DNA of 55,305 nt, filler included, from Diploschistes diacapsis (GCA_023645945.1; 5 parts of 5 records of this genome joined end to end with filler, not necessarily neighbours in it); one strand, 5' to 3'. Positions 1 to 14,500 are shown, counted from the whole stretch's first letter. Notes: generated by a model from the sequence alone, not told the origin. Translations and numbers: made by a program.

Positions 1-480
1 ATATTATTAACCTAATATTACCGAATATAAATACTATTATTTAGGCATACTTGAAGGATCCTTTTAACGTTAAAACGATATTCAAATATTTCGGTAATAA
101 AGGCTATAATAGTTTAAAGACAAAAGAGGTTAAAGAAATAACAAGGGCAAAAGAGAATAAAAGAAAAAGAACTCGTTTGAGACTGAGGTCTAAGGCGAAG
201 CTCCCTGAAGAGGAAGCTGTATCGGATATTTCAGACTTTTTAGAAGGAGTATACGAAGATGCAATGCAACCGAATTAGGGGGAGTGTGAGAAGGAGAAGG
301 AACGGAGGACATGATTAGTCATACAGAATATATATAATCCGCTTACAGACATCTCTTGCAGAGAAATACAATCCTTCTTCTCAATCAAGACATAACTTAC
401 ATTATATATTGCGAACTTAATTGTAACTCGCTAACGAAGATTGATTTTCTAAATAATATTCCCTGCGCAAGTTTTGGGTT
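1..480. repeat. AT-rich, TpA-rich degenerate segment (possibly RIP-mutated repeat or gene remnant)
   Basis: Much more AT-rich than the rest of the contig, with many TA dinucleotides. ORF 51-278 has no recognisable motif. It sits at the contig end. Confidence 0.4.
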
Positions 481-803
481 ACCGGTTACCGATATCATGA
501 TAGTCAATTACCAGCCCATTCCCTAACGCGACGTCTTTCGAACTTCGGAAACATCCCACCATGTGCCATCCTAAGCCGTTGCTACTGAGCTATTTTGAGT
601 TCTACTCGACTGACTAACGTAGCTAATGAAAAAAAAGCAGGCGCTCGCCCCACCCACGGGATATACTAACCATACTCTGTCTGCCCCTCGAAGCCAAACA
701 CAAAAGAATCTTCAAGTTACACAGAGCATTAAGCGACCAGCATGGTAGCTCCAAAGCATGTTGTATCCTTATCCGTATTAGACTCTAGCTAAAAGAGTCT
801 TCC

Positions 804-1703
804 CTAGCTCGCTGACGGTTGCTTCTCCTAAGGCTGATCAAATCCTGTAGAGGAAACCCACTTCGCCTCCGTCGGCACATTTCACGTCGAGTCATACGCC
901 CATGTGCGCCAGCTTGAGCTTCATACCAACCCGTGATCGGGAACGGGTCCGCTTGTAGTCTCGCTTACATATATCCAGTTTAGTTCAAATAATGGCACAA
1001 TGCGCTTAGCGGTACTAAACTGGCGCTTTATATCACGTGCTCCCTCACCCTGCTCAAAGGGACCTAAAAACCTCCTCTCCATTCTTCAGCGCGCGCACAA
1101 ACTTTTGACACGTGCCCGTCATCCTTCATCGAGTTGATAGCCATGAAAAGCTCCCCCATCCCATATCGCCGCTGTGTGTGCCCTCGTAGTCCTGCACGGT
1201 CTCGACGGGGAGCTCTGCTGAACCGCACGCGGCTTACCAGACAAGGTCCGTCCGAGCCTTCGATTCGACGAGCCGGACTTTGTTCTTCATGCTGATCCAT
1301 GGCTGTTTGGTCAGTATGGTGTGAAAATGGAGCTAGTCACAGCGTGCATGTAGAAAAGGCCAATTTTGGGCGCTTTACCAGGTCGCTGTGCATAGCCAGC
1401 AAATTATGCGCAGCAGCTGATCATTTCGGCAGTCCTCTGCTCCAGCTCTTCGGGCTTGACACGTTAACGCTTGCTTCAGCTCTGATGGACTGGCGCCGAG
1501 AGCGACGGTTGTCAGTAAATGGTGTACGATATGGTTGTGGCCGCCAACGTCTCTGAAGAAGATGTGATGTTCGTCATGATTTTTCTGCAAGAGTTGATTC
1601 GCCGATCCTAATGCATCCGGACAACATTGATACTTCTCCTGCTACATGGAACCCAACAGTCCGGAGTCCGATTGGTTGTTGATTTTCAATGCAATATAAA
1701 CAT
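804..1703 (-). pseudogene. Questin oxidase / anthraquinone ring-cleavage enzyme (MdpL/GedK/AflY-HypA family) pseudogene
   Basis: Manual minus-strand translation gives the family blocks [92 protein letters not shown] and KLAHM/AYDST..KWV..GFDQ. They lie in different frames with in-frame stops and a large internal deletion near 1465. Boundaries are approximate. Confidence 0.85.
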
Positions 1704-1990
1704 GTCTTGTAAGGTAGTTCTACAAGACCTCCAGTGAGATGAGGATACCCAGTAGTGCAGAGATTCCGCATGCAAAACATGCTCTTCGGGCATGATCCTC
1801 GCAATCTAGACTCGGCTAGTGTTCTTTTAGTAGACCTAGCAAATGTGCCCAATCTACGGTATGGCTGTGTTCAAGTCAGCGACTCATCCGCGATACACGG
1901 TAGACGTAACAAAGGCGCACAAGTCAATTGACTACTTTCATTGTCGAGAGTTTGGCACAAAGCCTGTCCGTTGAAGCTGTTCTGAATATG

Positions 1991-2784
1991 CTAAGTAGAT
2001 CCCGAGGATGGTAGATAAGAATGAGGCCATGGAAAGAAGTGTCTTACAAGCCCTAACAGGATAGTCACTGGCGTTCCGCCCCACGGAAACTTCGCTTTAC
2101 CTCCGGTGTTGACCACACTGACATTCTTCATGTCGTACAAGCCCTGCTCATTGTCCGCCGCTTCAGCCATTGCTGCAGCTGGATCAAGATTGTAAATGAA
2201 GGACGCCTCCTCATCGATATCAAGCTTATGCCCTCTCTGCTTGTCGATGGACAAACCCGCCGGCTTGATGGAGATGGTCGATACCCAGTCCTGCTGAGAT
2301 CGCAAAAACCGCTCCGCTACCCTTAGGTCCTCATAGACATGCGAGACGGCCGCGAGTATGATGGATCGGAACCATCAGGGCGTTTTGCGACTGATGAGAT
2401 CGTCCAGGGAAGCGAAAGATACTGAAACGATCTTTGGCATCGAGAACGAGCCTGGTTCTGATTTCGTTTTGATTTTCTCCAAGAAAAGGATGACACTATG
2501 GGCTACATCCGTACCGACATGGTATCCTGGTATGTTGTCGTTTATTGTTGTGGTGAGGAAAATAACTTGACAGCCGCAGACGCAATCAATAAGCAGATCT
2601 ATGTTTTGGAGCTGCCCTTCGAAGACCCGTACTCTCTTGTTCTCCGCCACTTCAGGTATAAGACGTAGAAGCTTTGGCTTGTTGCGGCAATAGGCGTGAA
2701 TGGGAGACCAGTAGACTGGAGCAGCACTTGAATAGGAGAGGTACCGCAATTGCCTGTAGCTCCAATAATAGCATGACCGGCCAT
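1991..2784 (-). pseudogene. NAD(P)-binding oxidoreductase of the MdpK/GedF/AflX family, pseudogene
   Basis: Reads MAGHAIIGATGNCGT, then a frameshift near 2705, IHAYCRNKPKLL..TINDNIPG..RKTP, a TGA at 2375-2377, then [46 protein letters not shown]. This is collinear with A. nidulans MdpK as I recall it. Confidence 0.88.
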
Positions 2785-3195
2785 CTCTTTGATATTATTC
2801 TTCTCTGTTGAGGATCGCTAACATCCAGATTGATATGGATTACGAGGATGAGACAGTCGGTTTATTGCTCTTGTCAAGTCAAAAGATGACGTTCGACATC
2901 TGTACCTTTGCTAGGCAGATCTCGCTCCATCTCTCCCGAAAACCGAGGCACACATGCAGGTTCGGATTTCTTGCAGCTGGTATTTCTGACTCTAACACAA
3001 AGCGACCTAGGTAAGCCCGTGATGGTTTGTCTCGCTTCGTTGGGAGCTTCCAAGGGGTACTACAGGTCGTAACTTCATCTTAAGCTTGAAATCAGAAGGC
3101 GTTTCGATGTTACAACAATGGTCTTTGAGACTTTTCGGAGCGGCTACTGGCTCGCTGGCACGAGTTTCGAGCTGCCCCGATCATGCTCACCCGCA

Positions 3196-3980
3196 TTACC
3201 AAGGATAAACCCCCGTATTATGCAGCAACTTCCCATCCTCATCATCTCTCTTCCCTTCGATGATTTCAATTAGCGGGCCCACCGCGTCCCCTACCGGCTT
3301 TGCCCCATTCTCCTCAGTATTGTGCGGCCCCAGATTACTCACCGTGAACCCCGGATCAAATAAATGCACCTTGAACCCGAGCGGCTTGTACTCGACAAAC
3401 CTGGCATACCGTCACCATATTCAGCGCCGCTTTACTGGCCCGGTACTGCACCTCCTGAGTTTTATAAATCGGCGAGCTGGGCTCCAACCGCCGGTTGATG
3501 CTGCCCGCCCAGAGGCGATGTTGACGAATTTTGGCGCCGCCAAAGTCTTGAGAAGCGGTGCAAAAGCGTCGACCACCACGGCGGGGCCCGTGGCATTCGT
3601 GTCGAAGCATAGCCGCATCTGCTGCCGCAGTGTCGCGTCAAATTTCGCGACGGCTGCGTTGTTGATCAGAGTGTCGAGCCTGTTGTGCTGGACCCGGACG
3701 TGCTCGACGGCGGCAGAGATGGTGCTGTCGTCCGTGACGTCAAGGTGAAGGACTTCTGCGGAGCCGGAAGGGTACCGGGAGTGCAGCGAGGAGAGGGCCA
3801 CGGCGCGAGCCGAGAAGGACGTGGTAGGTGCCCTTGGCAGCAAGCTGGGTGGCGAGCTCAAGGCCGATGCCGCCACTTGCTGTGGGGGAGTGGGTTAGCT
3901 TGAGAATGTTTTTAGAGGGCTGGGGAGTAGTGGAACACACCGCCTGTTACTAGGACGAGGGTTTTGGCTGCTGCAGCCAT
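3196..3980 (-). pseudogene. Short-chain dehydrogenase/reductase pseudogene (resembles SDRs of tetrahydroxanthone clusters)
   Basis: ATG at 3980 and intron 3880-3940 (GTGTGT..GCTAAC..CAG). Motifs TGASGGIG, LDVTDD, LINNAA, YRASK and the C-terminal DPGFTVSNLG..GKRDDEDGKLLHNTGVYPW*. Three frameshifts near 3805, 3505 and 3400. Confidence 0.85.
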
Positions 3981-5649
3981 GGCGGGAGACGTTTGAGCAG
4001 GATGTTGAGTATGAAATTGGGTTTTTTGGAGGAGGTACGGACGATTAATAACTCAGACGAGACTGATGAATCTGTATACGCATAATCCACCACACAACTG
4101 TCAGTGGGTAGCTATATTTAAAAGTCCTTGCAGATCGCCTGTCCTGCGCTACTCGTTTCTGTCTGTATCCCGATTTTAGTCAGCATCATCGGTTTTAAGT
4201 AGCTAGGACGGCTTGACTGGATTCATCCGAGCGGACTAGGGACGAGGAAGTCTGTTGATTGTGTCTCGCTTCAGTTAAGACGCAAACGAAGCCTGCTGGT
4301 GATACAACCTATGGATCATGCAATTCGCGACCTCCCGCCGGAGTCTGTTCGCTCCCCGCTCTTTGTATCCGGAGTTTTGAACAAAGTTCATGAACTAGAT
4401 GGACGACAAAATGCAGCTCTATCGTTATCGCTTATCCTATGTCTTGACTATCGCAGAACCGGTTAGAAGTAGCCCTGCATTAGTAGGCTCGTTACACCTA
4501 CTAAGCCCATGAAGGATTTTCTTTGGAATACCCTGTGTGTTGTCCAATGTGATCCATCAACTAAATCACTCAACATTGTTCCTGGGCTATTTTACAAGGT
4601 GGGAAGATTTTCGATCGAGTTGATGCCAAAGAAAGCCATTTAAGCGCTAAGCGCTAATGATGCTGCGTGAAGGGGGTTACACAGCCAAGCTCATTCGCGC
4701 ATCTCACCAACTTACCCACGTTCAGCAGATACAAGCTTCCCGCGCTGTACACTCGTGCTTCTTCCTTGTGCTCAGCGGCCACGATGTGGAGCACCTCTGG
4801 GTCAACATCCCAAGTGCTGAGCCTTCCGCTCGGCGCCGAGGACGCCATAGCCATCAACAAAGGGTACGAGTTCGACCTCGGCTTCCTACACAACTTGGTC
4901 AATAGGGCCAGCTACGCTTCGTAGGGGTCACAAGACGTGTCACTTCTTGGTGATGAGCTGTTTCGACTGGGTTGCGCCGCGGATAGCGATTAGGCCGCAT
5001 GAGAAGGAGCACATGGTGGCTTGGAAGGTCCAGGGCTCAGAGAGGCACAGGGAGGCGCGAATGGGTTCAGCTATGTGCAGTTAGGGTGAGTGCGGTAGTG
5101 GAGAAGGCGACAACGATTTGATCTTGAAGTACCTCTTGATCTCTGTCGCACCTGTTACCTGCACTTCCCCAATAAGCTTTCTCATACTCCATGTCTGCGA
5201 ACCTAGCATTGTACTGCTATGATTCAACCTGGAGACTTCGCTCCAGAGCCCTAAGTGCAAAGATTCACACTGTTAAGCATGTGGGTAAGAACATGCATGT
5301 GCCATTCCCCCATTCTCAAATACCCGCAGCAAGCAGCCATGCCCACGACTCCGGTCAGCACCAAATAACACTAGCGGACGGCGTACAGGTTCCGTACATC
5401 GTCGAACTCTAACAGACTACTCCAAATACTATATAGGTAGCCTCGTTCTCCTTCCACGATCTGCATTTAGTTTGACATTATAAAGGAACAATATCCACCG
5501 ATAAAAGTCTCATTCCTACCTCAAACCTGAGCAGCAGCAGAAGCGCCCATCCGCCTCCAACTTCCATCTGCGCCTCGAATCCACTTTAGCCCCCATTTCT
5601 TTCTTTCGACTTCCGCACGTAAAGTCAACTGACGGTCCCCACTATCCCG

Positions 5650-6730
5650 GCTCCAAGCCAGAGATCATCAACGCGCTAGCCACTGGCTCCTGGCGGAACG
5701 ACACTGCCCTCGCTAAGCAGGAGATGGAATTGCTGTATGCCTTGAACATCGCGGTACAGCGCCTACCTATCACGGCGAGGGAGCCGGAGGTGAGGACGTG
5801 TGCTTTGGGGGGACAGGTGGGAACGGATTGGATCGTCGGTTGGAGCTTTTTGTTGTTTTGCGTACGATTTCCCGGCATACCAAGCCATTCCCGCGCACCA
5901 CGAACTGAAACCACGGAAAACTACCACGACGGCCATTCTAGCTTGGTAACCCTACCGAGTTGGGCTTTTAGGAGTTTAGCCGGCGCAGTCGGGACATATG
6001 GAAAGGTTTCATGTGGAGATTGGGTGAGGAGCATTGGGAATTTAAGCGCTAGGGGAGAAATATGTAAAGAGGCAAAGGGAACAGGACAAATAAAGAGCCG
6101 GTTGAGGGTAATGGTAAGGAAGAGGGTAGTAGAGTGGCGCTTGTGGATGTCGGAGAGTGAAAGCGATAGAGTTTGGAGGCAGTGAGGGGAGAGTGACCGG
6201 GGTTTTAGGGGAGCATGCTTGCGATGGATTTGCCGAAGGTGGTGCGGGATACATGGAAGAAGGGGGTGCGGGGAGGTGGATGGACGTTGTGCAGGGCGCT
6301 TCTTCAAGGGAATTCCGGTCAAGGGTGAGTGTCTCTCTCTTGCGATGATGGGCTTTAAGTGAACAAGCTACTAGCTCTCCTGCTTATGTGGACGAGGTCG
6401 TTTAGATGGGGCTCTTCTCGCTAACGCGACTTCGGTGCGAAGAAGGCTTCAGATATGCTATTTCCGCCACATCCATTGCTGGACGCCGGAAGAGTGCATG
6501 GTCATCCTTATAAGGGCAAAGGAGGCCATAGACGACGGCTCGCGGCTGGCCATCACGGATGTGTTGCTGCTGGACGTGGACTTCCTAAGGGATATGGTGA
6601 TACAGAACCGCAAAATAAAGAATCTGGGCGGGTGGAGGGGTCGAAGACACAGTGGAGGTAGATGATCGAGGAGGCGTGGCTGGGGATGCGGAAATTTTGG
6701 ACAGATGGAAATGGACCGGGTACGCAACTA
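5650..6730 (+). pseudogene. Heavily degraded SAM-dependent O-methyltransferase (Methyltransf_2-like)
   Basis: Fragments VALVDVGE*KR (DVGGG motif), AMDLPKVV, YFRHIHCWTPEECMVIL..GSRLAITDVLL and IEEAWL..RKFW occur in the expected order, with many stops and frameshifts. The 5' limit is uncertain. Confidence 0.6.
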
Positions 6731-7389
6731 GGGCATAGGGGGTAGAAGCCTGATTGATGGCGGTAGGCAGTAGAGATTGAGGCGGATGATGCCTTTTGGT
6801 TCACGTATTCAGATGGTGCTCCTCAATGAGACAATCAGAGAGTCTTGAGCCTACCATATTCAATGCAGAACATAAAAAGCGTCTAAGTTGCTCGAGTCAC
6901 GTCTCTAAGACATTTCACACAACCTTTGATGCATCTCAATGTAAATACGGGGAGTACTTCAGCACCCCAGCCCTCTGGACATTGACCTCATCCCATACGA
7001 ACTCGTCTTAGTGAACCGTCTACTTTTAGGCTTGTACTACTAAAACATCATAGAAAAAACAACATCAGTGTCGCAATTACGCACATCAAGAGTCTACAGG
7101 ATCAATTCCCTCTAACACGGTAGTACCTCGAGAACATCATTTCGCGCCTCTACCCTTCCCAGCACTTGACAGATGAATCCAGTAGGTTTTTGATGAGCAT
7201 CGTGATGCGAACATGCAGGAATGGGAAAAGAATTAAGCCGCACCTGGATACAATTCTAAGGTGCATTTCTTGCGCTGTGTGCAAACAGATAAGGGGGGTA
7301 GCTTATAGAAACTTGAGCAGACTATTTTGAGGGCTAAGAAAATATCGGGGCAATATATAACTTATTGTAGGTTGGTTTTCCCATCAAAA

Positions 7390-7472
7390 TCCGATATGGT
7401 GTACCGGTGAGCATATCTGCCTTTCAGTAACGAGTTTCGCAGAAGAACGGGGTTCGACTCCCCGTATCGGAA
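7390..7472 (+). tRNA. tRNA-Glu(TTC) with an 11-nt intron (7427-7437)
   Basis: Acceptor stem TCCGATA/TATCGGA, anticodon stem TCTGC/GCAGA, loop CT-TTC-A[intron]C and T-loop GGTTCGACTCC. A downstream T-run at about 7480-7485 fits a Pol III terminator. Confidence 0.93.
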
Positions 7473-8898
7473 TGCTTACTTTTTCATCAATAGTTTTTAC
7501 CACTCCCTCTATCTTTGCCTTTTTACTTCTCCCCAAACTCGAGATAATTTTTTGTCACACAAAACTGTCCAATCTCTATACTCTACAGAGTCAGTGTACA
7601 GAGTTGGAGTCGGTAGTCAACATTTGGCGGTCGAAACGCTGGCTTTGGAGGTAGCTAGAGTTTCTCACAATCGGTAGTTAAGGGAACCGGAACTCGGTAC
7701 CTTCGACTTGGGATTCGGGATTCTGGATACAGATCTTGGGGGCACTTAGAGCATAACACTGAGCGTCGTTCACAGTAAAAATATACACTGAAAATATCTG
7801 TCGACACATGTAGGACACGAGGGAGTTGGCTTAAGGACGCTCGTAAAGGCTGATTACTCTTCAATGTATACGAAGATAATGGTGCATTTGTAAATGGACT
7901 GCCTCTACATTTCGAGATGCTGGTAGTGGTGCCTCATGATTATCTTGTAGAGACATCTCACCTTTGTGCTTGCTGCTACCAAGCGAAGGAAGAGTTTCCC
8001 ACTACCGCGAGGATAGGAAGAATTTGGAGCGGCTAGCTTTGGTCGGAAACGTGGTGTTGAGTTCTGGAGCTTGCGGGCTGGTGCCACCGCCTTGAAACAA
8101 AGTTGGAAAACCCCCAATAGAAGAGCTCGAAAGCAGGCTTAAGCCAAAAGCCTTTCCTGGATCGATGAAAACGGCGTATTACTTCATAGCCGCTTTGTAT
8201 AGCCAGTCAATTACGTATACGAGGGTAAATCTTCGATTCTAGAGATTCGGGTTTATAGTAGTACCCAAACGAAAGTCGCAGGAGTCGTTACCCAAACTGG
8301 CAGCACGCAAGCCAAAGAGCACACGGAATGAGAGATATGCGCGACGGTGGTGCACAGGCGACTCACACTTCTGTGCTTAGCTGTGAAAATCTGAAGTGTT
8401 GGAGTTTTGATGGATTGAGAAACACAGTTCGATTAAGAATTACAAACAAGGGTGCAGGCTGATGGCTTCGAACAGAAGATTTAGCAGGAAAGCGTAGAAT
8501 GATGATACACTACTTATTGTGATGCAAGGCAGCAAAGCACATATTGTAACAACAATAGTTATAGCAGCTTACACAAATGGAAGAACAAGCGCTGTGGACT
8601 GTGACCTATACTTCGTGAAAAGAATCAGCTAATGCCTGATTGCCAGGAGGTTCTGCTCACATCCAAAAAGCTGGAGATATCAAACATGAAGTTGTTGTGT
8701 GAAATATAGTGCTTCCGGAAAAACCACTTTGCCGGCCAACTCCAACAACAAGGTAGGACCCTGGACTAGCTGAACGTTGTCTGCTTTGCCGTCACGGCCC
8801 GCACAGAGTTTAGTTTACGCAGCCTGTGCCTCGCCTTCTTCACAGTGGTTGTTCAAGCATTGTTTCCCCTATATCTCCCAGGCCATCTACGTTCAGTG

Positions 8899-10409
<1,511 letters not shown>

Positions 10410-10719
10410 TATGAAGTCAAGGTTAGGCACTTCTTGTGTATCCGTGGTATAGTTGGTGGGTCCGATATTGGGGCGCTGGCGCTGGAATTGCTGCCTAGAT
10501 CTTGGGGCTTGCAAAAGAATGGGACAACAGAACAACTAGAATTAGCGTTATAAGTCTAATCAATGTGCAGATGACCTTTGATATAGACACGCATGCAGTA
10601 CTCTCCATCAACAACTCATATTCGTATCAAATTTCCCTCATAACCGCAACCAAGCTATCAAGAGGCTATTGATTGCCGCCACCAATCCACCAATCGACTC
10701 CAATGCCATGGATTTTCGT

Positions 10720-10898
10720 TTATGATCGAGGCTTTTCCTTCTTCTCCTTCCACAACGCCGACAGACCCACACCAGAAACCTTGACCACCTTGAACCGCAC
10801 ACCGGGAATATCACCCTTGGCTTTACCCTTCCGACCGAACCCAGCAAGCAGGACCTCGTCGTTTTCGTCCACAAAGTTGAGACAACCGTCGTTCGGCA
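10720..10898 (-). CDS. RPS23: 40S ribosomal protein S23 (uS12), last exon only; 5' part lost at the contig end
   Basis: [52 protein letters not shown], preceded by a CTAAT..TAG acceptor. Confidence 0.95.
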
Positions 10899-10998
10899 CT
10901 ACAGCACACAAAGTCATTAGCCTAAACGCTTTCAACCCTCATCCTCTCTCCCTTTCCCTCTTCGCCGAACATCAACCTCTCCCACCCTTCTCCTCCCC

Positions 10999-11098
10999 NN
11001 NNNNNNNNNNNNNNNNNNNNNNNNNNNNNNNNNNNNNNNNNNTTAATTAATTAANNNNNNNNNNNNNNNNNNNNNNNNNNNNNNNNNNNNNNNNNNNN
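10999..11098. other. Artificial contig spacer (N44-TTAATTAATTAA-N44)
   Basis: Exactly 100 bp with a six-frame stop linker; identical at four positions. Confidence 0.98.
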
Positions 11099-11131
11099 GT
11101 GGAGAGATGGAGGGAGGGGGCGAGGAGGGTG

Positions 11132-11175
11132 TGGTGATGGTCATGGTCATGGTCATGGTGATGGTCATGATGGTT
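11132..11175. repeat. (ATGGTC/ATGGTG)n hexamer tandem repeat
   Basis: gtggtgatggtcatggtcatggtcatggtgatggtcatgatgg is directly visible. Confidence 0.8.
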
Positions 11176-11572
11176 GTGCTGAGGGGAAGGAGAGGGAGAT
11201 GTTTTGGTTCGCCGATTGGTTGGGTGATCGGGCTATGCGAGGTTTGGAGCAGAGAGGAGAGTGGTGAGAGAGTGCTGGATGAACGCAGAGGAAAGGGGGA
11301 AGAAGTGGTGATGTGAAGGAGGGCTGGGCTAGTAGGTGGTCGGTAAGATAGTAGTCTTCTGTATACTATTGAAGTGCGTCGGTCAGATCAGCATATTCTA
11401 GAATAGCGGTAGCGAAACAGCTTTGGAACAAGCATTATTACAATGCTTTATTTGGTCTACAAGTACAGCACCACGAGTAAACATCCAAGTATTCTACAAG
11501 AGCGGCGAAACGAGAATTTTCCACATCAAACTCCGCCATCCCTGCATCATCTCCCCTCCTTTCCCTTCTCCG

Positions 11573-14500
11573 TTACGTCTCCCCAAAGTCCCAATGCTCC
11601 CTCATCTCCTCCCACCCCTCAACCTCCCCGCGCCTACACTTCTTCGCTACAGCCCTCATCCTCAACTTCCCCTCCCAAATCTCCCAATTGTAGGCCCCCT
11701 CCACCACCCCTAAGCACCGCGTGCACATGCTCTCCTCCAGGTTCGCATCCGTGGGCACGTTGTACTTCCAGCACCGCATGCACTTGTCCGCAGCCGGCGC
11801 GTAGACGTCTATAGCCGTCCTGCGAAGCTGGCCGTCGGGCGAGGTGTAGCTGTGGGCAGCAGAGTACTTCCAGGGCGCGTCTTCGAGGGCGAGAGGGGGA
11901 TTGGGAAGGATGTTCGAGGCTGCGCATGGGGCAGGGGCGGTTGTGTCTGGTTTGGAGTCGGTCGGAGTATGGGTATAAAGTTCCACGCGCGACACGACGA
12001 GGATGTCTTCGAGGTCGCGAACACGACGGAGAAGAACTTCTCGGAACGGGTCGATGGCCCCTGGGGCCGTGGGGGCGTCAGGGAGGCGGATGGCGACGAA
12101 GCATTGCAAGGAAGAACCCAGTTGCTTTTTCTTGCGGCCGATTTCTTGGGTTGTGTTGACGGTGTCACTGAGGGCGGAGAGGTAGGGCATGTCTGCTTCG
12201 AGGACTGGGTCTAGCCAAGGGCCGGTTATGGCGCGGTATTGCTCTATAACGTTGGACCCATGCATCGTTTTGACGGGGTGAAAACCTCGATGTTGTGCGG
12301 GCAGGTGGTCGAGAGCTTCTTCTATAAGGAGGGGTGTGATGGGGTAGAGGAGATGCAAGAGGTTCTTGAAGATTTCCCAGACGACGAGCTGAGCGTTGAT
12401 GCGGGAAGGGGACTTTGCAGCGGAAGCGTATAGACGGTCTTTGACGGTTTGGAAGTAAAAGGATGAGAAGTCTGTGTTTATATAGGAAAGAATGGCCGCT
12501 GCGGCACGGTGATACTCGAATTTTGAGTAGGCGTCATGGACGGCTGAGGAAAGATTTCGGAGGCGGATCAGAGCCATTTGATCTGTAGCGCGTAGAGAAT
12601 CGAAGGACGCTCTTTGCTGCGGTTGATGCGTATCTAACAGACCGAGTAGAAGCTTGAACGTCACGCGAAGCTTGGTCATGTTTATATTGACGGATTTAGC
12701 GACCAGCTTGCCAACTTGGATATCATGGGAACAATCGCTACTTGCGACCCATAGGCGAAGAGCATCCGGCCCAAAGCCTCTATGCGTCAATTTCTTGTCT
12801 CTCAGGTTCCTGACAGGAGGTGCCAGTTTGCCCTCGATGATGTCGTTGGGCGAAACCACATTACCCTCAGACTTGCTCATTTTTTTACCCTTGCTATCGA
12901 GGGTGAAGCCATGGGTGACGAGCGTCTTGAATGGGGCAACTGGGGCCGGCACACGAGACCCTATCTGACTCGCAATTTTTGTGAGAAGAGATGATTGAAA
13001 CCACCCACGGTGTTGGTCTGTTCCCTCGAGATAAACATCTGCGGTAGGGGAAGCTTGTCCACCAAGCTCTGAGCCGATTTCTTGCCAGCTTGTGCCACTA
13101 TCAAACCAAACATCCATCGTCTCCTTTCCACGTAGAAAAACGCCATCATCTCTTAGGGCCGGCAATACCCAAGACTGGTCGGTCTCGTCATCCACCCACC
13201 AAGCCCCAGTGCCCCTCTCCATCATGACCGAAATGATGTGTGATATGCTCTCGGCCGTCATGATGGCTTCGCCAGTGTCTTTATCATATAGGGCAGGGAT
13301 GGGTACGCCCCATGCTCTTTGCCGGGAGATACACCATTCGGATCGCCCGCGCACAAAGCTCGAAAGCCGGTCGTGTCCGCCATCTGGAACGAATCTTACG
13401 CTATGAAGACTCTGCAGGGCACTCTCGCGGATATCACTAAGATCAGCGAACCACTGCCTTGTAGACCGTATAATGACTGGCGTTTTTGAACGCCAGTCAT
13501 AAGGATATTTGTGCTTGTACGCCTGCTCGTTTATCAAGTAGCCTCGGCCGCGAAGCAGTTCTAGAACAGCATGGCTTCCTGGATCGAGGACACTAAGTCC
13601 GCCAAGGAGCTGTGGCTCATCTGGCAATACTTCTGTAGTAAACCGACCTTGGTCATCCACTGGAGCAAAGGGCTCGATACCGTATTCTTGACAGAGCTTG
13701 TAGTCGTCCATACCGTGGCCCGGTGCCACATGCACAAGTCCAGTCCCAGAGTCAGCACTCACGAAGTCTGCATGGAAGACAGGTTGTGGCGGCGCCTGCT
13801 TTGAGAGCAACGGATGGCGATATTCCGTCCCAACCAGTTCGGATCCGAGGCAAGTTCCCAGCACGCGGTCTCCGAGGTCTTCGTTCACTATTTTCCCAAA
13901 TTCGCTCAATCTTGTCTTTGCGACTAATAGAGTACCATGCATTGGGGAGCGAACCACGACGTATTCGAGCTGCTTATGGACGGCGATCGCCTTGTTCGCC
14001 GGTATAGTCCAGGGCGTTGTCGTCCATATGACTGCATTGACAGCATCTTCGGTGTGTTCTAACTGCTTTTTGAGTCTCTTAGGAAGAGTCACCATGGGAA
14101 ATTTCACGAAAGCCGCAACTGACGTATGGTCAGCATTGTACTCGAGCTCCGCTTCGGCCAGCGCGGTCATGGTAGACGGCGACCAATATACTGGCTTCAG
14201 CCGTCTGTAAATCTGTCCATTCTTCACCATGTCCTTGAAAATCTCCAGCTGCCGCAGCTCGTACTCTTTATCCATCGTCGTCCACGCTCTGCTCCAGTCC
14301 GCCATAATCGCCCATTTCCGAAAGTCATGCTTTTGATCTTCGATTGCATCTCGAGCTAGCTTCCGCGCATGCGCTCTTACTTGCAGCGGTTTCGATGGTG
14401 TGGTAGACGGTCGCGACTGGAGGGCCTTGAGTTCGATGGGGAGACCATGGCAGTCCCAACCCGGGCGAAAGTGAACTCGCCGACCTTTCAGTACCTGGTA

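Noticed and set aside
2790..4650. AflR-type TCGN5CGR sites in the promoters of the fossil cluster
   Set aside because: I found only imperfect matches by eye, such as TCG-N6-CGA near 3152, which is not enough support.
11043..11054. TTAATTAATTAA repeated about every 11 kb as a biological repeat, CRISPR-like unit or target site
   Set aside because: It is always centred in N-runs of identical length and is a standard six-frame stop linker.
11107..11316. ORF with MVMVMV repeats, or a His-rich peptide on the opposite strand
   Set aside because: It is explained by a hexamer microsatellite at a contig end, with no supporting domain.
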